From Octopus vulgaris (taxonomy: Eukaryota), in assembly GCA_951406725.2 (NCBI GenBank), contig OX597840.1, forward strand, positions 15,438,001 through 15,502,000: DNA of 64,000 bases. Direction: 5' to 3'. A program made the translations under genes and the position numbers. The notes under the pieces are model-generated. The model saw nothing but the letters and a program-made list of their open reading frames with translations. It did no database searches and was not told the origin of the DNA. Numbering within the stretch: position 1 is the first letter of the stretch; every line of letters starts with the position of its first letter. Positions 11,605-24,850 of this stretch are shown here, in pieces.

Positions 11605-14400
11605 TGCCCCCTCAAGGCGCCTGATATTAGATATGCTGCCAGAGGTTCGATAATGGACGTAAACACTGTATCTGCAGTTTCTGAATGCAATACAGAACAC
11701 CATCGCAAAATATATGGAAAATAGGGTCGGTGCCAGAATATCCCCCTGTTTCACTCCATTTTGTATTGAAATAGGCTCCGATATTTTCCCTCTAACATTC
11801 ACCTTACCATTCATGTCTTCATAAAAAGACCTAACCAAAGCAAGGAATTTTTCAGGACACCCAAGTTTCTGGAGGACTTTCCACAATGCTTTTCTATTGA
11901 GGGTATCAAAGGCTTTTGTCAGATTGACAAAAACCTGATACAAATCCAGACCCCGTTCCACACACTTCTCCTGAAGCTGTCTAGCTGAAAAGATCATATC
12001 AGCAGTGCCATGTCCCACACGAAAGCCAGATTGACTTTCTAGAAGAACACAATCTGCAATGTATTTCAGCAGACGATCCAGGAGTACCCTGCATAAAACC
12101 TTTCCTACTGCAGACAGCAATGATACTCCCCTATTGTTACCACAATCATTCCTGTTGCCCTTTCCCTTATACAGGACCACCATTACTGTATCTCTCCAGT
12201 TCTCAGGTACAGATTCACTAGTCCATATCTTACCAAACAAAGAGTGAAGTTTCTGCAGAAGTTTCTCACCACCATGCTGTAACAACTCCGCATGTATGCC
12301 ATCCATACCCGGAGACTTCCCATTATTCAACCTTGAGACAGCCATTGCAACTTCTTCCAACTTTGGTGGTTCTGCGAGTGCTGCCTTCACGGATAATCCA
12401 GGGATGAGATTGAGAACATCCTCACTAACTACAGACTGCTGATTCAAAAGTTCATCAAAGTGTTCTTGCCACCTTTGCAGAATTCCTTGTGAATCACGAA
12501 GAAGTTCTTTACCATCCCTGCTTCGAATTGGTGTCATCAGTGAAGATGTCAGTCCATAAACTTCTCACAAAAGACCATACAACAGCTTTGTGTTATTGGA
12601 ATCTGATGCCGCCTGTATCTCATCAGCCTTCTTACTCCACCACATATCCCTCATCTGAGAGAGCCTTTGCCTCACATGGGATTTTACGTCCTTGAGTTCC
12701 CTATGAAACACTTCCCTTTCCTGTGGCTTTGCTGACAAATAGCGTGACAAAGTATGTCTTTTATCAGCCAATAAATCATCTATATGTTCATCATTTTCTT
12801 TGAACCAATCTTGATGCTTTCTTTGTATCAATCCCAGAACTTTCTTGCCTATATCATAAACTGACTTTTTAAGGGTCGGCCAATCCTCCCCAATATCTGC
12901 AGCATTCATTTCTTCTCGTAAAGTTCTCTTCACACTATTATACCTAAGACGATCAACATTCAGTCTTTTAGGCAGGGTAATCCCTGCAGCTCAGATTTTA
13001 TGTTTTGTGACTAATTTCACTTTTCCACGTACTAGGCGGTAGTCAGTCCAACACTCAGCTCCACGAAGAACAAAAACACACTGCACATCCTGTCTGTCAC
13101 ACACCCTAACTAGGATGTAATCCAGAATATGCCATTCTTTAGATGCAGGTTGCATCCATGTAGTCTTAAACTTATTCTTTTGTTGAAACATGGTATTGGT
13201 AACACACAGATGCAGCTCCTCACACATCTGCAGCAAAAGCATGCCATTACTATTACACTTCCCCACCCCATGCTTTCCAATTACAGTCCATGTGTTAAGA
13301 TCTCTACCCACTCTAGCATTAAAGTCACCCAGTACGATGACTTTGTCTGCCCAAGGGATATTTCTTATAATACCCTTCAAAGCATGGTAGAAAGAAAATT
13401 TTTCGTCATCAGTATACACAGAAGTTGGAGCATACACACTCACCAAGGTCATATAATTTCCTTTAGCCAAAGGAATTCTCATGGACATAAGACGCTCGTT
13501 AATTCCGATTAGGAATTTTTCCAACTTGTCCACAAGAGTAGTCTTAACAGCGAATGCCACTCCAGCTTCTCCTCTAAACTCTTCATTCCTCCCTTTCCAA
13601 AAGAATGTATATTTTCCACAAGATTCTGTAAAATGACCATCTCCAAGTAATCTCATCTCAGATAAAGCAACGATGTCAAGATCATAGCGTTGATCTCCTT
13701 CGCAACAAGTGCAGTCCTTCTTTCAGGACATTCAGAGGACTTGCGGTCAAGCAGTGTCCGTACATTCCAACAGCCAATATTCACTATTTTCTTTGGTTCT
13801 ATCACAGTAGCATGATGACGGCCGGGTTCCGACTGTGATGCCCTGGAGCCCCTGCTGGGCCAGACTCTTTCAGCTGATGTGGTTCCAGAGTCCTTACTGC
13901 CATTTATTTTTATACTGTTTTGGTACATCATTGATTTTTTGCCATCAACAATCATGAATTAGTTAATCAATTTAATCAATCAATCAATGTTGTTATCATG
14001 CAATGCCTGTGCAAGAAGATTTTTTTAAAGTGAAGAAAGGCTGTGCACTCAGTCAATCCCACTCACTAAGCAACAGCAGCCATAATCCGAAAAGAAGAAC
14101 AAGTCAACATCATTGGTGACCACTGAGCCGCAGGTTTTATGTTGGAGTTATCCCAGTTACCTGAGTTACCTTCTCCTAGAAGGATGCCCTGACAAAGGCT
14201 AGGAGTCCTTCACTCCCAGTGGTTTAACTGCACGATCGGGTATTCAGTCCGATTATTTCTATGTCCCCGTGCATGATACAGCCTTAAGCCTTAAAAAAAA
14301 TACACATTTATTGGATGGCCGTTGACTCTCAAGAGTTCCTCCACCCTTTAACGGGTTTTGTTTTTCATCCTGCAGGGTGTCTAATAAACACCCTCCTCAC
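11605..14400 (-). pseudogene. Decayed RTE-clade non-LTR retrotransposon: 5' UTR, APE endonuclease and N-terminal/central RT, truncated before YADD
   Basis: ORF fragments contain NIGCWNVRTL, YAPT, LGDFNARVG, HILDYILV (APE) and KSPGMDGI, NNRGVSLL, QSGFR, NLTKAFD, GVKQGDILAPTLF (RT). Broken by stops and frameshifts. Confidence 0.92.
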
Positions 14401-14577
14401 CAATTTATGTTCCTAGCATTAGCTTAATGATAACTAGTTATTTTACTAAATTCTTTGTTATATTTAAAGTAATTGAAAGAAACACAGAGCATCTCAAAAT
14501 AAATACAGTAACGAAAGGGTTAAGGGGATTTTGTAGCCTGTGTAAAACTTTTGAAATTTGGGGGCTGAAATGATTCA

Positions 14578-14812
14578 ATCTTATTTCTTTATTGCCCACA
14601 AGGGGCTAAACGCAGAGGGGACAAACAAGGACAGACAAACGGATTAAGTCAATTACATTGATCCCAGTGTGTAACTTGTACTTAATTTATCAACCCCAAA
14701 AGGACGAAAGGCAAAGTCAACTTTGGCAGAATTTGAACTCAAAACATAGTGGCAGACGAAATACGGCTAAGCGTTTCACCTGGCGTGCTAACGTTTCTCC
14801 CAGCTTGCCACC
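14578..14812 (-). mobile_element. SINE family B copy
   Basis: Matches the family B consensus. Confidence 0.8.
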
Positions 14813-15974
14813 TGAAACCATCTTGGAGCTGAAGCCAATAAATGATAGAACAAACCACACAAGAATAATTAAATTCCTTTTTTTATTTATCCCGCCACAG
14901 ACATCAACATAATTCCACTGCAATAAAGTTTTAAAAAATACACATTTGTCAAAATTTAATGAAATTTATATTTAATGGACGTTAAACAAACTTCTTTTCT
15001 TGAGGAAATATTCTTCAGTTATTGTTTACGATAAACGTTGCTTTGAGACTCTAATTATACCTCCCCTATCGCTCTCATTTATGAATGCTGGCTTTATTAG
15101 TATTACAACAGAAATGTAATTGTTACTTTTTTAAATGTTGAAATTTATGAAAAAAATGTCCAAGTTCCGTCATCATTGTCCAACAAAGACAGATACTTCT
15201 AAAACTTGACATTAAATCATCAAGATATTAATTATAATCTGATATAATAATAATAAAAAATAAATAAATCTCTTAGGTCATTGCCTTTTTATTGCTACCA
15301 CCACCATCACTATGATAACAATAAAACACTACAATTTTCAGTTTATGGTTATATGTACAGGATGGTCATATATTAGTCTATGATTATTCGCTAGCTATCC
15401 ACGTGCCACCAATAATGATGGCTAATTGTAGTATTTTATATATAAATAAGGTACATAATAATCGCAGATACAAACATTCACATACTTCCAGTGGTGGACT
15501 GGGTCTAAAAATATTGGTTGCCAGGAGACTAAGGGTGCCCACCCACAACTACAAGAGGGCCTACCCGCAATTACAATGCTATAATTTTTCTTTTTTGTTA
15601 AAAGTATTCTTTTCAACTGTTTACAAACACAGCCAGACTGAAATAATTAAGGTGTTCTTCCAGGAGTGAATAAAAAATTCTCAAACTTGAGGGGATGAGC
15701 CCCTTAAATACTAACATGGGCCCCCATATATGGCTTCTAATGGTGCAAATTAGATGGTAAACATCTATATTATTGGCAAGGCGGCAAGCTGGCTGAATCG
15801 TTAGCATACCAGGCCAAATGTTTAGCAGCATTTCATCTGTCTTTACGTTCTGAATTCAAATTACACTGCGGTCAAATTTGGTTTTTATCCTTTTTCCAGG
15901 GGTCGATAAACTGGAGTTGATGTAAGTGGCGCATCCCCACCCCCACAAATTACTGCCCTTGCGGCAAAATTTAC

Positions 15975-16370
15975 TCTTTACTCTTTTACTTGTTTCAGTC
16001 ATTTGACTGCAGCCATGCTGGAGCACCGCCTTTAATCGAGCAAATCGACCCCGGGACTTATTCTTTGTAAGCCCAGTACTTATTCTATCGGTCTCTTTTG
16101 CCGAACTGCTAAGTGACGGGGACGTAAACACACCAGCATCGGTTGTCAAGCAATGCTAGGGGACAAACACAGACACACAAACACTTATATATATATACAT
16201 ATATACGACAGGCTTCTTTCAGTTTCGGTCTACCAAATCCACTCACAAGGCATTGGTCGGCCCGGGGCTATAGCAGAAGACACTTGCCCAAGATGCCACG
16301 CAGTGGGACTGAACCCGGAACCATGTGGTTGGTTAGCAAGCTACTTACCACACAGCCACTCCTGCGCCTA
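15975..16370 (-). mobile_element. SINE family A copy (young, near full length)
   Basis: Matches family A from head to tail, with CpGs retained. Confidence 0.85.
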
Positions 16371-16378
16371 TTTGAAAC

Positions 16379-16414
<36 letters not shown>

Positions 16415-16699
16415 CATTATTATTAAAGGTGGTGAGCTGGCAGAATTGTTAGTATGTTGGGCAAAATGCTTAGAAGCATCTTTATGTTCTGAGTTCAAAT
16501 GCTGCCGAGGTCAACTTTGCCTTTCATCCTTTTCAGGGATCAATAAATTAAGTACCAGTGAAACATTGGGGTTGATGTAATCGACTTATTTCAGGCCTTG
16601 TGCCTATAGTAGAAAGGATTATTATTATTATTATTATTATTATTATTTAGCTGAACATGATGTAATATTGATAAAGTTCTAGTCTTGTTTATACATATA

Positions 16700-16739
<40 letters not shown>

Positions 16740-17860
16740 CATACATACATACGCAAACACATATAGAGAGATCTATTGATAGTTTTATGCATGCATCTGT
16801 CTACATATTTACACATATATACATTCATATATATATATATGTAATAACGCTCATTGCTGTAACATCCAATTTTCCATATTTGTATGTGTGTATATGTCTG
16901 TATATAATATATGCATATGCGTGTGTATGCATGTATATATACATGCATACATACATACATACATACATATATGTATATATATATGCACACACACACACAC
17001 ATATATCTCCATCTATCTATAAAGTTACTTGTTGTCATCTCTTGTCTTTTTTCCTTTATTGATTAATATGTATATTATGTATGGGTGTAAACACCCGATG
17101 TGTGTGTGTGTGTTTGTATAGATTGTGAAGAGACTCTGTGTGTGTGAGTGCGCGTGTGCACATGTGTGTAAGGGGGAAGGCAGGTATTTGTGCCAAAATA
17201 CCAACAAAATCAATGCCAAAAAAAATAGACCCAAACCAAAGAACTTTAAATAATAACAAAACTTTAAAAAGTTCCGTGAAAAACAATAAATACATCATAA
17301 CAAATCTGTGATTTTCCCCCAAACTTCATAATGCACACCCCACCCTTCTGCCATGAACAAAACACCTCCAAACCCAAACACAGCCAAAACAAAACACAAA
17401 ATGATTTTTCTTTTTAAGTTTTTGGTATTAAGACGACAGATGATGAATGAGGCAGCCAAGCTATAAATTCTGGTTCAATCTTTGGCCAGTCCCTGTTATT
17501 ACAGCTATGAAAAATGACTTCTTCTACAGCTGTTGAAGTTAATGATTCTACGTTGGCAGCACCGCTGTCTTTGAGAATCTGATAACAGAAGATTTTTCGA
17601 TCAAGATGCACGATAACTTCTCTACCTCAAAATATTGTTGTGTTTCCTTTCAACTTCCAATTCTTTAAAAAAAAATCCTAATTTTGATTTTGTACATTTT
17701 TGCACCATATTGTTTTCTCCCTGAAACCAAATTATTTTTTTAGTTTTCTTTGTAGAAAAATGTTTCTACTTTTGCTGTAATTATTTGCATCAGACAAAAC
17801 GGTTAGAAGCATTTCTTTCAGGCATTTTACATTCTGAGTTCAGATAGGGCTGAGGTCATC

Positions 17861-18432
17861 TTTGCTTGCCACCCTTTCATAGTCAATAATAAGGTACCAG
17901 TCATATACTGGGGTCAATGTAATCAATTAACCACACGCTAAAACTGCTGACTTTGTGCCAAGTTTTGATACAATTATTACAGAGTGTGACAGGTATTTGA
18001 GGGTATCATTTTTTTTGTTTCAGTCTTTAGACTATGGCCATGCTGGAGCACCACCTTGAAGAACCTTTAGTCAAATGAGTCAACCCCAGTACTTATGTCT
18101 TTTTAAAGCCTGGTACTTACTCTATTTGTTTCTTTTGCTGAACTGCTATGTTACAGGGATGTAAACACACCAACACCGATTGTCAAGCAGTGGTAGTGGA
18201 GACAAACACAGATACAAAGGCATACACACACACACACAAATATGTGTGTGTGTGTGTGATGGGCTTCTTTCAGTTTCCATCTACCAAATCCTCTCAAGGC
18301 TTTGCTCGGTTCAAGGTTATAGTGGAAGACATTTGCCCAAGGTGCCATGCAGTGGGACTGAACCTGGTACCATGTAGTTGGGAAGCAAATTTCTTACTAT
18401 TCAGTCACGCCTGGTAATTTAATGAAACAATT
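17861..18432 (+). repeat. Recent local duplication, copy 2 (probable donor)
   Basis: Nearly identical to 8775-9348. This copy keeps the upstream part of SINE B that is missing at copy 1. Confidence 0.9.
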
Positions 18433-18479
18433 CTAATTTAGCAAAGAACAAATGTGCACATGTTCTGAATAAGATAGCT

Positions 18480-19030
18480 TCTCTGAATTTATCTTCAATT
18501 TCAATGACTGCTTCAATATAGGACCAGAATCATTGACATGACTCTACTAAATGGTCCTTCTTCGTTCATGATCGCCACTTGAACAATGGCAGCCTTCACT
18601 GAAACTATGATATTGTGAGGATGTTGGCTAGTCTCTCTTGCAACAGGACTCCAAGCATAGTAGTCCATGGGATTTAACCCTTTAGCATTTAAACTGGCCA
18701 AATCTGGCCAAAATATTTTGTTTTATGTTGAAGCTGGTCAGATCTGGTCTCTTGCACCAACCCTACATTATCATTCTGAAAATTAAGAATTACCTCATCA
18801 AAGTTAAAAAATAATGTATGATTAATTCAATACAATGTGAATAAATCACCATCACATTTGATAGAGTAATCTAAATATTTTAAGGGTTAAGTCTGGCAAA
18901 TTTGGCATTATATGATTGTAAAGATTCTTGGACATCCATTCTTTGGCTGCATTGGCTTCGTGAGAAGGTGCTGAAGCTTGTTGGAGCACATATGGCCTTT
19001 AACTTTGTACTTCATCCATCCAAAGGTTAA
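18480..19030 (-). pseudogene. Tc1/mariner-superfamily transposase C-terminal remnant, split by a TTAA MITE
   Basis: Minus strand encodes PYVLQQASAPSHEANAAKEWMSKN..PNLPD | LNPMDYYAWS (a DDD-type third-D motif). Confidence 0.7.
18674..18889. mobile_element. piggyBac-like MITE (TTAA|CCCTT...AAGGG|TTAA)
   Basis: TTAA at both ends with CCCTT/AAGGG termini. Relatives at ~19551-19910, ~20400-20552, 20899-21125 and ~14405-14523. Confidence 0.7.
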
Positions 19031-19186
19031 CAATTGGCTGTGTGGTAAATAGCTTGCTTACCAACCACATGGTCCCTGGTTCAGTCCCACTGTGTGGCAC
19101 CTTGGGCAAGTGTTTTCTACTATAGCCTTGGACCGACCAAAGGCTTGTGAGTGGATTTGGTAGACAGAACCTGGAAGAAGCCCGTC

Positions 19187-19229
<43 letters not shown>

Positions 19230-19977
19230 TATATACACACATATATATATGTGTGTGTATATGTTTGTGTGTCTGTTTGTCCCTCCAGCATCACTTGACA
19301 ACCAATGTTGGTGTGTTTGGCAAAAGAGACCGATACAATAAGTACTTGGCTTACCAAGAATAAGTCCTGGGGTTGATTTGCTCAACTAAAGTCTGTGCTC
19401 CAGCATGGCCACCGTCAAATGACTGAAACAAGTAAAAGAGTAAACAGTAAACATTTATAATTTAGTTCTGGGATTCTCAATGATTTTTTAACTATGGGCC
19501 CCTTTGATTGCTATTTTGTTCTAGTGGACCCCCAATAGCCATTTTGATGTTTAACTCTTTAGCATTTCAACTGGCCATATCCAGCCAAAATATTCTACCT
19601 GTTTTATGTTCAAACTAGCCATATCTAGCCTTTCACACCAACCCGACAATGTCATTCTAAACAATTAGCTGTTACCTCATTAACACTTTTGTTACTGTAT
19701 TTATTTTCAGATGCTCTGCATTTTCTCCCAATTATTTTAAATATAACAAAGAATTCTGTAAAATAACTTAGTTATTGTTAAGTTAATGTTAAGAACATAA
19801 ATTGTGACTAAAGTTTGGTGAAAGATTTTAATTCAGAACTTTTGAAAACAAGACATTTGTACTACAGAGCCAGAGGTGGTTTTTCAGCCATGTTGGTATG
19901 AAAAGGGTTAAGAATTTTGTTACCATATTTCTGTTGAGATACTCTGTGATTCTTTCAATTAATTTTAAATATAACAA

Positions 19978-20141
19978 GCACAGGAGTGGCTCTGTGGTAA
20001 GTAGCTTGCTTACCAACCACATGGCTCCGGGTTTAGTCCCACTGCGTGGCACCTTGGGCAAGTGTCTTCTGCTATAGCCTCAGGCCAACCAAAGCCTTGT
20101 GAGTGGATTTGGTAGACAGAAACTGAAAGAAGCCTATCGTG

Positions 20142-20174
<33 letters not shown>

Positions 20175-20380
20175 CTGTCTGTCTGTCTGTCTATCCCCCT
20201 ACCATCACTTGACAACCGATTTTGGTGTGTTTACGTCCCCATAACTTAGCGGTTTGGCAAAAGAGACTGGTAGAATAAGTACTAGGCTTACAAAGAATAA
20301 GTCCTGGGGTCGATTTGTTCGACTAAAGGCTGTGCTCCAGCATGGCCGCAGTCAAATAACTGAAACAAGTAAAATAAATA
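19978..20380 (+). mobile_element. SINE family A copy
   Basis: Matches family A. Confidence 0.85.
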
Positions 20381-21959
20381 AAAGAAATAACAAAGAATTT
20401 AGTAAAATGACTTAATTATCATTAAGCCAGTGTTAGGAACATAAATTGTTACTAAGGTTTGGTGGAAGATTTTAATTCGGGACTTTTGAAAACAAGACAT
20501 CTGTACTACAGAATCAGAGGTGGTTTCAGCTGGGCTGGTAATGAAAGGGTTAAAGTTAGAAAATAATGCATGACTAATTCAAAACAATGTGAATAAATAA
20601 GCATTACATTTAATAAATTCGAATACTAAAAAGTTAAATCTGGCAAGTTTGATGTTACTTGATTGTAACGATTCTTTGACATCCATTCTTTGGCTGCATT
20701 GGCTTCGTGAGAAGGGGCTGAAGCTTGTTGGAGCACATATGGCCTTCCACTGTGTACTTCATCCATCCAGGGATTAACAATACTTGTGCATCTTGAAAAA
20801 AATAAGCAAGCATTTATAATTTAGTTCAGGGAATGTCAACCAATTTCTATCTATGGACTTTTTTTATTCTGGTGGACCCCCAATAGCCATTCGGTGTATA
20901 ACCCTTTAGCACTTAAACCAGCCATATCTAACCAAAATATTCTACCTGTTTTATGTTCATACCAGCCAGATCTGGCCTCTTACACCTACCCTATGATGTC
21001 ATTCTAAAAATATACAATCAGATCATCAGAATATCAAAACTATGAGATAATGCATCATTAATTCAAAACAAAATGAATAAACAAGCATTATATTTGACCA
21101 AGTAATTTGAATGCTTAAGGGTTAAAAACTTGTTTCATAGAAAATTCTTCCAAAATTCCTATTTTGTTTTTCATCCATTAATTTGTGTTGGTTGAACTAT
21201 GTAAAATACTAGAGAAAAGAACCTAATTGTTCCTTGCAATACATACATCTAAAGCAAAATTATTTCAGGGGCCCTTAAAATACTACTGTAGGTCACCAGT
21301 TTACTATTTTCCTTGCGTGGACCCTCTTTGATTATTATTTTATTCTGGTGGACCCCATAGCCATTCGATATTTAAAAACTAGTTTTATAGAAACTTATTT
21401 CAAAATCCCTATTTTGTTTTTCAACATGAACTTGTGTTGGTAGAATCATGTCAAATGTTAGAGAAAGAAATCTCGCTGTTTCTTGCAATACATAACCAAT
21501 ACAACCATCTAAACCAAAATTTTTCAGGGGCCCTTGAAATACTATTGTAGATTCCCAAATAAGCTATTTTATTGTATGGATCCCCTTCAAAAATCTTATA
21601 TGGATCCTCAGGAGCCATATGAACCCTGCCTAGAACCACCGATTTAGTTGTACTCAAGAAGGATTAATGAAATTACATAAACAAGAGCTTTCCAGATTTT
21701 TCTCTAAATTTTTTACATATGAAATACACAACAATTTTATACGTTCCATACAAAGTGTGCCAATAATTTCTTTCAGCATCTTATGTGAAATGCACCAATA
21801 ACTTCTTACTTCATCTTCAAAGCACCAAGTCAAAAATACTGAGAACCACTGATGTAATACTTTATGCTTTCACCATCTCTCTTCCACTCATTCTATTTTT
21901 CTCCTCTTTTCTCGTTCACTCTTTCCATCTCCTTTTTGTCCCTCCTTATTTATCTCAGA

Positions 21960-22510
21960 CTACTCTCTCTCTCTCTCCATCTCCTCCTCCTCCTCTCTTC
22001 CCCTATCATTTTTGGCACTTAACTCACACCATTTGTCTCTCTCACCCTCTTCCCTCTGTTTTCTGTCTCTCCTACCCTCTTCTCTCTCTTTTCTCTCTCT
22101 TTCCTGCCCCCTTCTCTCTCTTTTCTGCCTCTCCCGCTCTCTTCCCTCCCTTTTTTGTCTCTCCAACCCTCTTCTCTCTCTTTTCTGTCTCTCCCATCCT
22201 CTTCTCTCTCTTTTCTGCCTCTCCCGCCCTCTTCTCTCTCTTTTCTGTTTCTCCTGCCCTTTTCTCCTCCTCTCTCTCTTTTCTCCTCCACTCTCTTTTT
22301 TTTCCTCTGCTGTCTTTTCTCCTCTCTCTCTTTTCTCCTCTTCTCTCTCTTTTCTCCCCTCTCTCTCTTTTATATCTGCTCTTTCTCTTTTCTGGTCCTC
22401 TCTCTTTTCTCCTTTCTCCTCCTTCCTCTATTTTCTCCTCCCCCCTCTTTACTCCGCTCTTTCACTAAACTTATCCTCTTCTGTCTCTCTTTCTCCGTCC
22501 TTCCCCTCTT
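21960..22510. repeat. Pyrimidine-rich low-complexity tract with ~30-bp minisatellite (CCCTCTTCTCTCTCTTTTCTGYCTCTCCCR)
   Basis: Direct reading of the sequence. Confidence 0.85.
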
Positions 22511-23235
22511 TTCTAACACGCACACACACATATACACCATTCCATACATCAGTCAACGCACAGCTGCCAAAACTGATTCCGATCAAATACTAAAAGACAA
22601 ATGAAGTCACTATTTTTGACAGGAAAACCCGCAAGAATTCCTGTAGAGAGACCACCTGTTTCTTTCTCAACACAACTTGGTTCCATGTTCTACCAGACAA
22701 AAGAATATGGTAACATCACCACATTGAACACTCACTGAAACAACCATCTCTGATGGGAATTAAGGAGATCACACAATGGGTCAGGGAGCTCTTAGAGTGC
22801 AGGCATATATTTACCCTGCATTGAAATTTAAGACCCAAATGCTTCCCAACCACATGATTCCGAGTTCAGAGGTTCTATCCCACTGTATATCAAGCGTCTT
22901 CTTCTGTAGTTCCCAGACCAACCACAGCCTTGTAAATCGATCTGGTAGACAGAAACTGAAAGAGGCCTCGTGTGTGTGCGTGTGAGTGCATAAGAGAGAG
23001 TGTGTGTGTGTGTGTGCGTAAGAGTGTGTGTGTGTGTATTTACTCCCACAATACTTGAAACTGGTGCTGGTTTGTTTATGTCCCTGAAACTTAGTGGTTT
23101 GGCATAAGAGACTGATAGAATAAATACCAGGCTTAAAAAATGCAAGGTGCATTCCAGAAGTTTGAAGAAGTACAAAATTCAAATCTCCTTCAAAGCAGTT
23201 CAGTTCTGTATTTAAGAGATGAGGAATTATATACA

Positions 23236-23373
23236 TTATTTACATTATTTACATTTGACAAATATTTGTCTTCATTTTGTTTGTTGTTAATACAACATTG
23301 CGGCTGATATACCCTCCAGCCTTCATCACTTCCATTCCAGGCAGTGACCTGAATAATAATGATGATGATGATG

Positions 23374-23407
<34 letters not shown>

Positions 23408-23578
23408 TAATAATAATAATAATTATAACATCGAAAAGTACCTTAGGAATGAGAACCCAGGTTCAAAATTTCCTCAAGACTACTGATGAAGGCTGGAGGG
23501 TATATCAGTCGAAACATTGTGTTAACAGCAAACAAGATGAGAACAAATATCCATCAAATGTAAATAATGTAAATAATC
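23236..23578. mobile_element. Fold-back insert around an (AAT)n tract with a hammerhead motif
   Basis: Arms 23236-23327 / 23484-23578. HHR at 23478-23523: CTGATGA-A-GGCTG GAGGGTATAT CAGTC-GAAA-CA-TT-GTG. Confidence 0.75.
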
Positions 23579-24160
23579 CTTGAAAGTAGGGTCCTCTGAC
23601 TTCAGCGCATTTGTTGTGGCACTCCAGCCACTTTATGAAGGTTCTGTGGAAGTCCTCCAAAGGGAAGACATTCAGGACTCTTGTCACAGACTCTTTCATC
23701 TCAATAGCTTCAAAATGACTGCTCCTGAGTTTCTCCTTCAGTTTAAGTGAGAGACAAGTTTTAGGAAGGGAGAGAGAGACAAGGTTTAGGAAGGGAGAGA
23801 GAGAGACAAGGTTTAGGAAGGGAGAGAGAGACAAGGTTTAGGAAGGGAGAGAGAGAGACAAGGTTTAGGAAAGGTGAGAAACAAACTTAGGAAAGGTGAG
23901 AGACAGTTTTATGAAGGGTGAGAGATAGTTTCGATGGCCATTTCTTTCGAATAGTTAGTTACCAGGATGGAATTGTGGATTGGTGCCTTGTTCTGGTGGA
24001 GGTGCTCTGGCCTTTTGCAATGAAATCTCTTCCTGAACTCTCCCAAAAACTTTCACAAAGTCTGATCAGACAGAATGCAATGGGTGTAGATGATGCTGTT
24101 ACTGTTGTAAAAGGGGATCATCATGACATTTCCTGTGGACTTACTTTGGCCCCTTGAGCC
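23579..24160 (-). pseudogene. mariner transposase C-terminal remnant, interrupted by a ~25-bp minisatellite (23750-23905)
   Basis: LKEKLRSSHF..FHRTFIKWLECHNKCAEVRGPYF resembles the mariner C-terminus. Minisatellite unit GAGAGACAAGGTTTAGGAAGGGA. Confidence 0.6.
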
Positions 24161-24381
24161 AGCAAAAACATGCTTAGCTCACACAAATTTATCCATAAGC
24201 AGTCTGCAGCATTTTCTTTTCTTTTTTTTTATTCAAGCAAATTGACTCCAGGACTTATTCTTTGTAAGCCTAGTACTTATTCTATCGGTCTCTTTTGCTG
24301 AACCTCAAAATTATAGGGATGTAAACACACCGACATCAGTTGTCAAGCGATGGTGGGTGGGGGACAAATACAGACACACAA

Positions 24382-24432
<51 letters not shown>

Positions 24433-24797
24433 CACACGATGAGCTTCTTTCAGTTTCCACTTACCAATCTACTCACAAGGCATTAGTCGGCCCGAGGCTA
24501 TAGTAAAAGACACTTGCCCAAGGTGCCACGCAGTGGGACTGAACCTGGAACTATGTGGTTGGTAAGCAAGCTGCTTACCACACAGCTATTCCTGCACATA
24601 AGTTTGTGTAACATTTTTATCAAGTTTAACACAAAGCTTTATTTAATAGTAAGCTTCCATGTTGTCTTCATGTCCTGGCTGTCTTCAGCAAACTAGTCAA
24701 CTATGGTAAGTGGTGTTTTGTAGGGCGTTACATCTGAGTCCTTCTCACTAGAATAATAAAAGTTGGCAGGTCAGCTTATTAGATGTATATTAATGAC

Positions 24798-24850
24798 TAG
24801 CTTAAGGTGACCCACTCTACGCACGGGTGAGAGTATGGTTGTTACTTTCT
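24798..24850 (-). mobile_element. Helitron 3' terminus (element probably extends to ~26080, with nested SINEs)
   Basis: Minus strand ACCCGTGCGTAGAGTGGGT hairpin, then CACCTTAAGCTAG|T. Confidence 0.5.

Noticed and set aside
21785-22604. Overlapping Ser/Leu/Phe-rich ORFs
   Set aside because: CT-rich low-complexity sequence that lacks stop codons by composition.
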